Shown piece after piece: positions 50,106 through 63,400 of a DNA stretch of 64,000 nucleotides. A model generated the notes under the pieces. It searched no databases and was not told where the DNA came from. It saw only the letters and a program-made list of their open reading frames with translations. Each line of letters opens with the position of its first letter. The stretch's first letter is position 1. The DNA is from Tubiluchus corallicola (Eukaryota; Animalia; Priapulida). A program made the position numbers and the translations under genes. The stretch is from assembly GCA_030141605.1 (NCBI GenBank), contig JAQGDQ010000002.1, forward strand, positions 1,798,001 to 1,862,000. The letters are read 5' to 3'.

Positions 50106-51928
50106 ATTTTCAACCTGGTAATCGACGAACTGATCTCGAAAGTCGGTTCTCGATTTGGCTATGGGATCGACGAGCACCAAGTGGCTATAGTTGGTTTTGC
50201 CGACAACCTAGTCCTCAGCCTCAAAACATGGCATGGGAGTTTTGTTGGAGACAGCCAATGGCTTCTTCACGAAACGAGGCATGACATTAAACGCCAACAA
50301 ATGCAAAGCCATGAGGCTAGTCAAGGCATACCGGCGAAAGGCTATGAAAGTGCTAATAGAACCCACATGGGAGATCAGCCAGACTCCTATTCCAATGCTG
50401 GGAGTCAGTGATGCATACAAATACCTGGGAATTCCTATGACTGCTAAGGGACGACCCACCATGGACACCAAGTCCCTTAAAGCATGGCTTATAAGAGTGG
50501 AAGGGGCACCACTCAAACCTCAACAAAAGGTGGATATGATCAGACAATGTGTGATTCCGCGTCTGACATACCACTTCCGTATATGTGAGGTTCATATGAA
50601 TGGCCTCAAGGGAGCAGACAGGCTTATAAGATCAAGCCTAAAACGTATACTTCATATGGCGACGGATGTCCCGAATGCATTCTTCTACATGCCAATGAAG
50701 AAGGGAGGGCTGGGATTTTCTTGTCTTGAAAAGGATGTTCCTTTGATGAAAGTCAAGATGCTCAGCCGATTGCAGGCCTCACCAGATCCGCTGGTGAACA
50801 TGAGTGCATCTGCTCCAGTGTGGAATAGGGAGCTTGAGTGGGCTAAGAGGGTGGCGAGCCTCGAAGCCTACAGTAACGCAAAAGACATAAATCGTGCAAA
50901 AAGGGATAACGATCGCAAACATCTATCGGCATTCAACGATAAAGTGCATGGGAAGGGTTTTGCAGCCGTGTCTGCTGACCCACTGAGTACCCATTACCTA
51001 CGTAGCAGCACACTCCTGAGTGGGGGTGATTATATCTTGGTTCTCAAGATGATCACCAACTCCCAACCAGTTAGAGTTAACACCACGAGAGGACAACCCA
51101 ATGCAATCAGGAGATGTCGCAGGTGTGGGAGACATGCAGAGAGTCAGGTTCACGTACTTCAACAGTGCATAACAGTAAACAATGCCATATCACGACGGCA
51201 CAATGCACTGTGCGAGGTGCTCGCTGAAGCCTTGAAGGGGCAGGGCTTTATGATCGTTAGGGAACCTTGGTTCGAGATCAACAGAACAAGGTACCACCCT
51301 GACATCCTGGCGACCAAAGATGGTCATACGTACGTTATCGATCCGACCATCTCGGCAGCAGGAAACATCTACTCGCTTAGGGCCAGGTGCAGGGACAAGG
51401 CCCTGAAGTACGAACCGATCCTCGATGCCGTCAAACAGCGGTGCGGCTCTGCCACTGCCTCGTCGCACGGCATCTGTGTGGGCTTTCGTGGGGAATGGGC
51501 AGGAGGAGAGAACGACGTTCTCCTTAAGACACTCGGTCTTCTGAACGTCAGAGCCAAACTAGTCCGCTCGGCGATTAGAGGCTCATGTATGGTGCTTAGA
51601 AAGTTCCTGGGAAGGCAAAGGAGGGAGACCTAGGTTATCTCCTGCTCAGGATGTTACCACTCGAGTTCCTACATCCAAACGTGTGAAAGGTTTATACCTA
51701 GGGGAAATCCGACTACTCTATGAGTAGCCGGTGGATACCGTACCTTTACGGTATCGAAAAGGCGAGTTTTGTTGGGTCTGGATAAATCCAGTTCCCACGG
51801 AATTGACGGATGCCGTATCTTTACGGAAGAATTTGGAATTTGGCAAGTTTGACTCGAGTCAAAAGGCAACACACAGGTGAACAGATCCGACGCCTGTGAA
51901 ATCTGACAAAATAAAATAAAATAAAATA
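50106..51928 (+). mobile_element. 5'-truncated R2-like non-LTR retrotransposon (restriction-like endonuclease class)
   Basis: Begins inside the RT (IFNLVIDELI...VGFADNLVL) with a frameshift near 50230, then YKYLG, APLKPQQK, GGLG, CRRC...ESQVHVLQQC, RHN, PDIL, IDPT and KALKY. Stop at 51633, 3' UTR, and an (AAAAT)n tail at about 51908-51928. Confidence 0.88.
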
Positions 51929-53052
51929 TAAATGATACACGGCTCGGGCACGAAGACCCCACAGAAGTAATGAGTTCATTGAGTTCAAAAAATAATCAAA
52001 TCAAGAGACTACTAAGGAAGACTCAGAAATTCCAATTTCTGCCGGTAGCTGGAGCCACAAGATATTAAAGTTTTTATCAAATTTGCCGTTCATAGCGCCT
52101 CTTGCGTCTGATTTGCGAAACAATAATATCGTAGAAAACAGAAATTGGTGTAGGAACTTTTAGGAAGGGCATTTTGTTTCGAGGATTCTTCGTCGCTGGT
52201 ATTTTCTTTGAATTTTGTCGTCGCACCTCTCTTGATTTTAATTAAAATTATTGTGATCACAGAAGAACGCACATGTTTTTGGAACTATAGCGATAATTTT
52301 ATTCGTAATAACTAATATTAGGTTAGTCACTTAGCCTACACGTATTGCTTTGTGAATGTACGCAGTTTGCCAGTTTACGTGCCTTGTACTATTTTGTGAC
52401 ATTAAGTTGTTGAATGTGATTTAAGTTTCGCGTAATTCAGTCATAGCTGTTGTGAATTGTGAATACTCAATACGGCATAATCGATTTCATTAATTGGGTC
52501 TAACAATATTTATATAAAAATGTTGCAGTCACATTTTTACATAAATTTTCGAAATCCTGAAAGAATCTAAAGAATCTGTTTGGTCCTCGTACCGTCTCTC
52601 TGTGCCAAGAACTAATTAACTGCAATAAGTTATACCCTAAATAATTATTTAACTGTCAACAATTGAAACTTCCTAGGAGGGTACTTCATTTTCAGGAAGA
52701 GATTTAGTCAGCCATTTTAAAGTGACTTGAGTGCAGGCTTGTTGTATTTTTTTATTTTACTAATCACAGTACTGCATACATAAGCATAGAAAAGCTTTTA
52801 TCTGTAATTGACAATTTGATGCTGATAAAAATGGAAATAAGATATCTTGTTAATATATTAACAGAAGAGATGTTTCACAAGAAATCCCAAAATGCATTCA
52901 AGTTACCGTTTATATTGACTTATTATGTTCTTTCTAATTTATTATGTTTTCTCTAGGTAAAAACAATTAAAATTTCTGAGCAAGTGTTTTTTGTTTGAGA
53001 TAAGAAAAGTAGGCTGTAGTTGATTATGTTAATATTTTCAGGTTAGTTTCCA

Positions 53053-54360
53053 ATGGCTGAGCGAATTCGAAGAAATAGAAACATTACCAGTGAGGATGAC
53101 CCTAGCACAAGCAGTCTTTCAGCATCTGAAGAGGATGCCGGTGGTGACATAGGAAAGGCGTCCAAATCCACTCAAAGGAAATTCTGCTCTCTTTCATTTG
53201 GCAAGAAGAAAAATAAAGATGTCAAGAAATCATCACGAAAAACCACTTTAGTAGTAATCTCTGATGATGATTCAAGTGGTACCTTAGCTGATTGTGAAAT
53301 TACCAGTGCTGATATACAGCACGACTCTAGTGTAAGGCAAAAAAAGATAGGGCATTCTAAAAAGAACTGTGATCACTCAAAGTCTGACAGCAGTAAAAAG
53401 CGGAAAAAATTAAGGGCATTTAAACTGTGCAACCCATTGCAGTTTTTGACGACTAGTAATGATGCTTCGTCAAATGATTCATTAAACACAAGTACAGACA
53501 TGGGATGTGTCTGTATGAGGTACAAGAAGTGCCACAGCACTGTAGATAATTTCTATGGAGTTAGTTCACACAGAAAGGCACCAGAACTAAGCGAAAGTGG
53601 CTCTCTGGTGAACGGGCGACAAAAGAATATTGGGGAAGCCTCCCAGCGACACGACGTGTATGCCGAATGTGAATTTACTGCTGGCACCATTGTCATGAGA
53701 AATGACACACTGGCAGCTGATGATAGTGACAATCCACCATGCACATGTCCAGGTATTGGCGCATATCCCAAAGCACATGATTCTGATGCCATTGCTAGCA
53801 GCTTAAGTAGAAGCATATTGGCCGATCCTCCTGCTGTTCACACCCAGGTTGATTATGCTCACTTTCTGGTTCCCGACTTGTTAAAGATAACTCAGTGCGG
53901 ATACTACCATGGCGTGATGGACCGTTACGAGGCCGAACGTTTGTTGGAAAACAAACCGGAAGGAACGTTTCTCCTTCGAGACAGTGCTCAAGAGGATTTT
54001 CTCTTTTCTGTCAGCTTCCGGCGATATGGTCGTTCACTTCATGCTCGAGTCGAGTTGGACAAGCATAAATTCAGTTTTGACTCACACGACCCTGGAGTGT
54101 ACACAGCATCGACTGTTGTTGGGTTACTGGAACATTTCAAAGATCCTAATCGTTGTATGTTCTTTGAACCACTTCTCACTATTCCCTTAAAGCGTACATT
54201 CCCTTTCTCACTCCAACACTTGTGTCGGGCAACTATTGGTAGCCGAATCACTTACGATGGCATCAGTCAGCTCAACTTACCCAAGGCACTGAAGTCGTAT
54301 CTGAAATTTTACCATTATAAACAGCAAGTGCGTGTCAGACGATATGAAGTCGAAACGTAG
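53053..54360 (+). CDS. SOCS5: Suppressor of cytokine signalling, SOCS4/5 (Socs36E-like) group, single-exon CDS, 435 aa
   Basis: [54 protein letters not shown] (SH2), MFFEPLL and [11 protein letters not shown]...[16 protein letters not shown] (SOCS box). Acceptor TTTTCAG lies just upstream of the ATG. Confidence 0.93.
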   Translation: MAERIRRNRNITSEDDPSTSSLSASEEDAGGDIGKASKSTQRKFCSLSFGKKKNKDVKKSSRKTTLVVISDDDSSGTLADCEITSADIQHDSSVRQKKIGHSKKNCDHSKSDSSKKRKKLRAFKLCNPLQFLTTSNDASSNDSLNTSTDMGCVCMRYKKCHSTVDNFYGVSSHRKAPELSESGSLVNGRQKNIGEASQRHDVYAECEFTAGTIVMRNDTLAADDSDNPPCTCPGIGAYPKAHDSDAIASSLSRSILADPPAVHTQVDYAHFLVPDLLKITQCGYYHGVMDRYEAERLLENKPEGTFLLRDSAQEDFLFSVSFRRYGRSLHARVELDKHKFSFDSHDPGVYTASTVVGLLEHFKDPNRCMFFEPLLTIPLKRTFPFSLQHLCRATIGSRITYDGISQLNLPKALKSYLKFYHYKQQVRVRRYEVET

Positions 54361-55099
54361 CTGCTTGCTTATCTAAAGAATCTGTTTGTAAATAGCTTGT
54401 TGTCTGAATCAAAATTATCAAGCTCATCTTGTCAAATTTCTTCCAAATTGAAGAAAATAAGATGTTGTGTTCATTAATATGCAACTACGAGAGATTGTTT
54501 GAACTGCCAAATACTACCTTGCATTGTTTCTGATACCTTTGAGGTTCATATTGTGTATCATGGCTTGGATGTGTTTTCTTCTGGTTACTGCTCGACTTAA
54601 TTATGCTTGACAGCTTTGCACTTCAGTACCAAAGAACTGCACTGGTAGAAGATAGTAGTTGCGGTATATAGTATGCCCATTTTTGTTTGTTCCTGATGAC
54701 AACTACATTAAGACTGACAGTGAGTTTGGACAGTGTAATATATGACAGTGAAAGATACTCGTCTTAAAGACTCAAGATGTTCTAAGACTCTTCTAGACCG
54801 AAAATGATAATATTATCAAGGTAAGTTCGAGAACAAGTTGCACTAAAGGTACACAGTTTGAATTTGTGTTAAATACTAATTTTTACATTACATACAGTTA
54901 ATAATATTAGAGATAATAAATATAATAATAATAATAGCAGTAGTAATAGTAGTAGCAGTAGTAGTAGTAATAATAATATTAATAATGATGTAATGCTAAT
55001 TACTTTAATGTTAACAAAGTATAAGTAACTGGTACTCAATGATATCTTTGTTTGTCATTATTCACATGTTACCTTTAATAAATCCATGTCATCAGATCT

Positions 55100-55170
55100 A
55101 TAGAGAACCAGTAGTACCCAGTTTCTCCACAGTGGAATTGTGGAGGAACTGGGTGCCACTGGTTCTCTAT
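55100..55170. other. 71-nt near-perfect hairpin (32-bp stem, 7-nt loop)
   Basis: ATAGAGAACCAGTAGTACCCAGTTTCTCCACA-gtggaat-TGTGGAGGAACTGGGTGCCACTGGTTCTCTAT; two G:U pairs and one A:C mismatch on the + strand. Confidence 0.85.
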
Positions 55171-55300
55171 TGACTGAACTCACTGAACACTGAACCGAGA
55201 ACCATTGCACAAGCTTTTAGGCTTGCTAAGTAGTATTGCAAATGAAAAGCAACTCGTTCTAATTTTTTGCTTTGGTTCTGTGGACAACAAAGGTCTGTAG

Positions 55301-55528
55301 CAAGGCCAGTTCACCCTCCCAATTTTTTAGCCAGAATCTTGGTCACAACTATTTTTTAGCTATTTTTGTGTAGTGTTAGTCACAGTATAATGAAAGCAGG
55401 TTAAAATTCTCCCTTCTATACAAAGGTATTCATTTGCCAAAAACTTCATCACTGGATATTGTTTTCTTTAGCCATTTTGTCTAAACTTTAGTTTTTGGCT
55501 AAAAGTTATGGAAAGGAAGCTGGCCCTG
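55301..55528. mobile_element. hAT-like MITE, copy 1
   Basis: Ends CAAGGCCAGTT and AAGCTGGCCCTG; internally similar to 56664-56860 (CACAGTATAATG.AAAGCAGGTTA, GCTAAAAGTTA). No clear TSD. Confidence 0.6.
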
Positions 55529-56663
55529 CTGCTGTATTGGTTGTCGGAGACCTTGAATTTGTCCTTTTCCTGATTATAAGTTCTAGCTCTCTCTCTTATT
55601 TAGTGACGTTAATACATTTTATAACTTACTTTATCTGGAGTGTGTCCTAATGTATATCCTTTGCTTTGAACACTCTAGTCGGTAAATTATGATCTACTAC
55701 AGATAGCCTTGTAATGGTCCTTTAAACTCATTTTAAGCTTGTACTTGCTCTCTAACCACAAGAACTAACGACATCAAAAATAAAAATAGACTGGACAAGT
55801 GTGGCTGACCTTTTCTGGATTAACTATTGGTGTCTAGTGGTATACATGGGCTAATCATTACTCTCTATCAACAAGAATGCAGGTGGTTTATATCACATAG
55901 TATTAGTTTAACCTGTACATTATTGCCTTCAAAGGGTCTGTGGTTAATTGGGAAATTCTGTTGGGTAGAATTTTTTGATTGTGCAGTAAATATCTAAGTC
56001 GTCTCAACACAGTCGAGCGCTGCTCATTGCAGGCGTTGAGCTCTAAATTATTCAAATTCCTAACATATTTCCAATCACTTGTTTGCCCTACTTTTTGTTA
56101 TCAATCATAAATAGATGCATAATAATCTACACTACTTTTACTGCAGGTGAAGAAGATGCATCTTTGATATGTTGATGATATAAACTTAGGGTTCTTAATG
56201 TAGATTGTAGACTGTCACATGTATATAAATGAATTTCAGAGAACTTTTGAAGACTTAGCAAGAAGTTTATAACTCAGTGAACATTAGAAAACTAGCAAGA
56301 AATTAGCAATGGATAGTCTGAAAGCGTAACAATATGTACAGTAGCAGGGTGTTTTCTATGACTGTTTTTCTACCTCTCGACAAGACTTTTTAGTCTACAG
56401 TCTGTGTTTTGTGTTAAAAACGGCAAGGCTACACGGCGACACGCAACGTAATGCTGTGTACAGTGTGTGATTTGTACTTGTAGTCGCTGAGGAATTAGAA
56501 GGCCATCCTCTATTTGCTACAGGGATTAGGCAACATTTAGTAATGCAGTATAACTAATACTATTATTTATTCGCTGTCGTAATTGCATTGTGTAATCATT
56601 ATATTATGTTTCTTGTGCCCAGCAAACTTTTTGGTGATAGTAAGCCTGGCTTGCTCGCATTTA

Positions 56664-56860
56664 CAGGACCAGCTGACCTTTCCATTTTTTTAGTCAAAAT
56701 TTTGGCCACGGCCAATTTCCTTTATAGCCATTTTTGTGTTACGTTAGACACAGTATAATGGAAAGCAGGTTAGAGTATTCAGTCGCCAAGAACTCAGTCA
56801 CGAGATATTCTGATTGAACTTAATTTTTAGCTAAAAGTTACATAAGGGAAGCAGTACCTG
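56664..56860. mobile_element. hAT-like MITE, copy 2 (diverged)
   Basis: Collinear with 55301-55528; ends CAGGACCAGCT and GCAGTACCTG. Confidence 0.55.
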
Positions 56861-59679
56861 CAACAGTATAGTCGAAGACTTTGACTGTGTGGGAATCATC
56901 TCGTGGATTACTACAACTGTTTGAAATCGTCTGACGTCTTATCGGCATCTCTAATTTAAAAAACATTAAACTTGGGTAAAGTTGTAATTTTTTTAATGTT
57001 TTATGAGATATATAATTTTATAGTGCACATTTTAATTAATTATAATATCGAGGACCGTTCATAACATGTATGTGACTGAACCACTTTGTTATCATAAGTT
57101 CTGTCATGAAATCATTTGGGGATTTGCAGTTGCATTTGCCGTGTATTGAGACGTTTTCAGCTCCAGCAGCGTCAGACAAAGTGGCTTGTTGGGCGAACCC
57201 AAGGGCCTGTGTTCCACTCATGCTGTTGAAATAGCTCATACAGCGCAATGGGAAGTGCAACAAGTACATTTCGAAACTTGTTTGGACAAAGTTTTATTGC
57301 TGTATTGTGACACTAGGTTCACCAATAACAGTGACCATTGTATTAAAAGAAGTTGAGTGTATTGCCGTACCCAGCGGCTGAGCAAGCCAAAAAGTAGCTC
57401 GGTTACCAACTTGTTATTAAAAGATTTTTTGAGTCTCATTTGATTTAACTGTGGCCACAGTCATCAACAAAAATTTTCATCGTACTAGGTGCTAAGCATT
57501 TCAAACTACTTGTAGCTATGTGGCGACGTTATCATACTAGAGTTGTATTAATTTTTAAATGAGCAGTGTATATGACGCTACGCTATTTTGTGAGTTCTTT
57601 GCATTGCTTGTTTCCAAGCCTTATCCTGTCTGCTTTTGTGTTAAATAGAATTTATTAATGCTTTGCGAAAAATTCGATGCTTTCAAAGTTTTTAGTCAAG
57701 CGTTTCTAGGCTGGAAAGTGGAACTGACTTGTTTTTTAGAATACTGTAGCTTACAATAGTGAGTTATATAAATGGTTAAATGGCTTAAGTTAAATTTTTC
57801 TGGAGTGCATCGTTACACGAGCTTATGTTTTTTTAGTCATTTAAGTGCAGTACTGTGACTGTTGTTTTGGCGACATGTCACTGTGAACAATAATCTGTCT
57901 GTCTGTCACAGATGCTCACATCGTCTGCTGTTTACTTCTTGTGTCCAAGATCGTCAAAATGGCTCCATGAACTACAACTCTGTGAGTTTGTAAAACAGTG
58001 TTATTTTTGCAGCTTTGGATGATGGATCCACCTGCTTCATCGTGTTTGGTGAAACATGAAACCAATTCACTGGTACAGGCGACGGGCTACCCCATAATGT
58101 AGCACTGCTGCTGACCATTTAGGCCTGTGTGATTGCTTTGTTTCTGTTTATTGCTGTAAGTGGCTCATGCTGATGAAGTCCAGCATGGTCGTTACTGTAT
58201 CAGCGTGGGAAACCGGGCCGAGTGTTCATAATGAAAGGGTCAAAGTGTGTATTTCGATCTTATTTGCTTTGCTTAAGTAAGGCTGAAATTTCTAGACCAC
58301 ATTCTGAGTTGCACAGCTAAGAGTCGCCCAGTCCTGGTTCCCACGTATTCCTTTTGTTTAAATCGGATTTTACCATCCCAAGTTTTAGTTTCTAATACGT
58401 TTACGTAACGGCAAGGTTGTAAACCAAAAATGTTTTTGGCGTTGTACTTTATCTTTATAATTAGTACTTTTAATGTTACGTAATTATGAAGTGAAAATAT
58501 GTTCGCATCGTGTCTCTCATCTCCCATAAGTAGGTTAAAAAGACGAGCAAGTAGCTCGTAAGTTGTTGACTGTTACGTGACACTATTTTACCATTCTTTC
58601 AACGTGACTTGCAGGGAGATTATCATAATCTTCTTAGGATTAAGAGATTTTGATGGTAAATATTGTCGTGCCAGTATTTTTAAAGATGTGGCTGGGTTTC
58701 CTGTGTTTATGGTGTGTGACTTGCTGTTAGCTGTTTTTCACGAAGTATAAAAATCTACTGAAGCCAATATTATTTTTCCATTTAATTACCATTAACAGTG
58801 GTAAAAGGGAATGTATGCTAAGCGGTAATAGGAAGTATATGCTTATCGAGATAAGTTAAACTCTACAATGCCGAACCTCTTAAGTAAATGGATAAATGAC
58901 CGCGGAAAACTACTACTAAGCAGTTTGTTGGGTGCCATACAGCTTCTATTTATTTTGTTGATGGAGAATGCAAACGTGTCTGAATGTGGCTGGTCTATTG
59001 ATTCCTCATTGTCTCATGTAGCAGGATTATCTTTGATAAGTACATGTAGTTAGGTTCCCGTCCCATGACAAGTATATAGATTTAGATACCCAGTTGAGTG
59101 TCGAACTATATAAAAACAGCTGAACAATGTGGCTGTGTCTGACGACGAGCTTCTTAAACGGCGACATGTTCTGATATTTGCAGCCCTATAGTTGTGAATG
59201 GGTCCTGCATGGATTTATTTAACTATTTCTGTGCACTTTTGTTCACTTTGTACTGTTATGTTCCGCTTACAGTTATTGAAAAAAGTTAGCTAATTATTAT
59301 TATGTGCTTTGAAAATGCTTTAATGGCTGGTTTCAAAATGTGCAGGAAGGCTCTTGACTTACAAGAACTTAGAACTTTTTTTGCTTCGATCAACCGTATG
59401 CAATAATTTTGCTAAATATCCCGACTGACTTTACAATTTTTTCTTCGTTCAGAGTCCTCAGGCAGCTGACGTTTATGATATTTATTAAACTAGTTCACAC
59501 TGTTTCTGACGAAATCAGCGACTGAAGATTTCGCAAACAATAGTTAACGGAATTCGGCCTTGAAAAGACATATGCCTTTTGTTTGAAAGTGCATAATTTT
59601 GATTTTACGGAATTAACATTGCTTGTTTACCTAGGAACTGCACTTCACAATGAAGTCACAACTTGTAAGTTTTCAGCCC

Positions 59680-60405
59680 ACCCGGCTATGGATTAAAAGT
59701 CAACCAATCTGTCAACTTATACCATTCAATGCACTTCATCCGAGACCTTTCATTTGATATACTGTGAGCTAGTTTACGTCAACACTGGAAGCATTTGTCG
59801 ACCTGACACCTATTTTACCCCTTAATGGGGTCAGAAATCAGCCAATTTCAATACACTTATACAGCACAATTCTTCTCATCGGAACTTTTCATTTGATACA
59901 AGCTCCTGTCGCTCAACTCTCAAAACATTTCGTTCCCGAATTCCGGTTTTTGATCCCTAGCAGTTTTTTTTGTACTAACTAGTTATCCAATAATCAACTT
60001 GACCTATATTCAGCCATCTCAAGTCTCAGCCTCATCTAGCCACATTTCAAAAATTGTTACCCTAGGTCAGAGACTCGCCCACTCCGTGACTTTTGACCCG
60101 GCATTCTCGGAGCACATATAAACAGACTTCCCCTTACCTAGGGAGTGTCTTATGACTCTAGCACTCTTCATGTAAAAGGTAAAAAAGCGGGTGCCCCTGA
60201 TTTTGCAATTCGGCTCCTCTTTGAGCCTTCTCAGACGTTTGGAACTTCTCAGCTTTTTAAAACCGCAAATGTACGTCTGCCTCACAGTACATAAATACCT
60301 GTGAAAAAACTGAAGGAACAGAAAGCTCTAGGAGGAGATATTAACTGAAAAAAACTGACGGATACCCACTGCTTATGACCCCTTGACTGTTTGTCAGAGA
60401 GTCAT
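59680..60405. mobile_element. Probable non-autonomous Helitron/Helentron-type element
   Basis: Internal repeated TTTCATTTGATA motif (about 59748 and 59887) and a 3' stem-loop TGACCCCTTGAC-tgttt-GTCAGAGAGTCA (about 60376-60404). Boundaries are approximate. Confidence 0.35.
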
Positions 60406-63400
60406 CACAATGCTGTCCTTCCCCCACCAAGGGCTACCACCTGCCCAATGAGCCGCTTGTCCGGTTTGGATGAACCGATTTTGTCGGCCAGCTCACTCTA
60501 TCCCACCGCCCCCTCTCTGTCCATCCTATTTTGTCGGACGACTCTGTCTGATCGTAGACGATTCATCCGATAATCTGATTTTGTAAATCTGGCATTATGA
60601 CCCTAGACTGCGAGCCTCACGAGTTATTAAGCAAAATGTTTGTGGAGAATAAGTATAAATACATGTAAATAAGTGTATGAATATCATGATTTTGCAGTGG
60701 AGAAGATTTAGCAATAATTTTGCTATTTCGGCATCTTAATTAATATAGGTATCATTATGATTAAAGCCGAGTCAGAAAGACTATTGCAAGGTTTATCTCT
60801 CACCTCAACGCTCTATACCGTGCAGGCAACGTTAAACTTGTCGACTTTGAAACTGGTTTCTCGTTTCTGTTTTTTCCAACTGGTTTGTCTTAAAATACCC
60901 AGCTGGCGAGCGCCCAAGATTGCGCAATCTAGGCTGAGCTGAGCTCCGCGTAGTACTTCTTTATGACAGTTTGAAAGATATGATTTCAAATTAGTTACGA
61001 AGACTGTAAAATTAGAAAAATGTGAAATGCACATTATCAAGCCGATAGCTCGAAAGTACATTTCATTGCGTAGTTCTAGTTATACATAAGGATTAGCAAG
61101 AAAGGGTTTAAATGTACCTGCTTTGTAGCTAGACGTTGCATCTGTTATTAAGGTGCATTTTGTTTTTATTTAATGGATCAGCAATAAGGTCATATTTGGA
61201 AGTTTCGACTTTGCCGTGTTATTCTTAAAATAAAACCGTTTTGGCGATATTTGTAACTATTTCGTTGGAATGAGTTCTCACGGCATTCACGGTTTGAAAG
61301 CAGGCATTCGGATCCATTCTGCTCTTTGTGATTTGTCTGCTTTCACACGTTGTTGGGAAAGTGTGGGGGCGAGCAGCCGCTGATATACTGTATGAAGTAT
61401 TGATTGCTTCAGCTGCAGTACCAATCCTCTCTTCACTGCACATGAAAACGAATCTGGTGGAGTGGGCGGTATTCATAATGATAACACGTTGTCCTCACAC
61501 GTCATCTTCGATTCATCGAGGTTTCTCTACTTGGGTGACCCATGTTGACTGTTTGTCTGAAAGTAGGGACTTATTTGTCACATTCAGTGTTTTAATTGTG
61601 CTGTGTCACTTAACAAGTTTTGTTACTAACACCGATCTTAGTTACAAAAGATGATAGCTGGCATGCCGCCTACGTGATAGTTAGCTGACAGTTGGTGTTA
61701 AAATGGATAACTTAACAGAAAAGCATTAATTTCATTTTTCTTGCCTAAGGTGTTAAGCTTGGTAGCGTAGCCTAATAAAAATTGTCTATTTTGGCTGGAA
61801 AAAGCGGTTAAAATATTTTCTGTAGTGGGACTTGCATCTGTTATGTTCTCTTCTGTGCCACATAAGTTACCTAGGATGTATCACAAATTAATAAGCATGC
61901 GTATTTCCGGTGCATTGTGAAAGTAAGTTCTCGAAATACCAATCGCAAGGTTCATGCTTTAGCTACCAAATTTACCAAAATAAATATGTCAGCCGCCCTT
62001 GTTGATTATCATGATGGTTTTTCAGTGGTCTTTTGTTTTGTCGCAGACCTCGTTAAGTTCACTCCTCATGGACTTTGTATTTTTACATTTACTGTGACTG
62101 ACTGAGCAGTGGCCGTACTATAACTCATTCATCGAACAATATGAAATTCATTGAAAAAGCCTTGAAACCTCTGCTTATGATTTGGCTACAATATTTAGAA
62201 TTTCTGTATTCTTCATTACGTAGTAGACAAACTAATTGAATACCACTGTTTAGTTGCCGATGTCTCGTCCTTGTGCGGTTATCTGATGTGAACCATAATG
62301 ATACGGCTTACCTTGTAAAATAAACGAATGTGAGGAGGGTTTAGTTTTATAATGGCCTTTATTTGGCATTTGACGTGCAATGCATTTTAACAATTACGTT
62401 GTTCTAGCAGTGGAGTCAAGAAGTCAAGAACATGAGTTTCATCAGCTGTTCAGCTATTACTCATCTCCTTTAGCCAGGTTTGAAAAGCATTAAAACGTAC
62501 AGTAATTTTTTATACAAGGACTTTAATTTTTGCCTTCCATACATTCTGCTGCTGCAACTGATTGTATCAAGTCGCAACCGTCGTCGTTTAAATGACATTT
62601 AGTTTTGAGAGAAAAGTGTAAAGGGAACGTTGCTGTCGCGATGTCCTTATGCTTGCATCAATAGAAAAGATACCATTCAAACATACCAAGCACATTGTTC
62701 GTAATCAAAATAATACATTTGTAAGATTCGTCTTGGTTTTACACTAGAAATGGATGGACCTGGGCTTGTCTTTGTGCCAGCTATTAAAATGTGCTTTTCG
62801 AACAACAACAAAACCAACAGCGTTTAACGACGACGACACTGTGTTTTTCAAATTTGAGTGCAAACATTGAGTCTCAACATGCCACTCGGTTCTTCGTTTT
62901 GCAGTGACGGGGGTCAGAATAGAACAAATTCTAATTCTGACCTGTCCAGTGTAATTTAGGTATATAAATTAGAGATGCCGAGACTATTATTGTGCTATAT
63001 GTATTAATTGAGATTTTCAGATAAACGTTGTAGCTACTGTCACTATTTGTAAGTTTAGATTAGGCACGATATGTAAATGTAAGCGTCAGGTGGGAACTCA
63101 GTCGAAATCGCAAGTTTCCAAGATTTATTATTACGCACAAGGTGGCGTATACCACTAATCTTAGTCTATTTAAGTAAGCTTTCTCTAAACCTGCTGAGAC
63201 TAGTGGTAACGAAAACAGCTATGTTCTCATGGGAAGCGTTGTACTAATTTGAATATTAACGACCTGTGCTGCATGGATTACACAATCATTCACGGTTTAC
63301 CTGTTATCTCTTAATCTTGCGAATAAAGGCTCTGTTGGTCTTGGCTTAGCCTTTAATAAGCTCTGCGGTATTATAACGAAGACTAATTCAGTGACCTCGG

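Noticed and set aside
51900-51965. Possible snRNA or rRNA target sequence at the R2-like 3' flank
   Set aside because: Only a few bases resemble U2 snRNA; no convincing match to U2, 18S or 28S.
58168-58215. CTGATGA...GAAAC hammerhead ribozyme-like words
   Set aside because: Stem II does not close onto GAAA and stems I and III cannot be built; at best a decayed Penelope-type motif.
61225-61654. GC-richer island with short ORFs on both strands
   Set aside because: No recognisable domain and no consistent exon chain; could be UTR or an exon of a gene outside the window.
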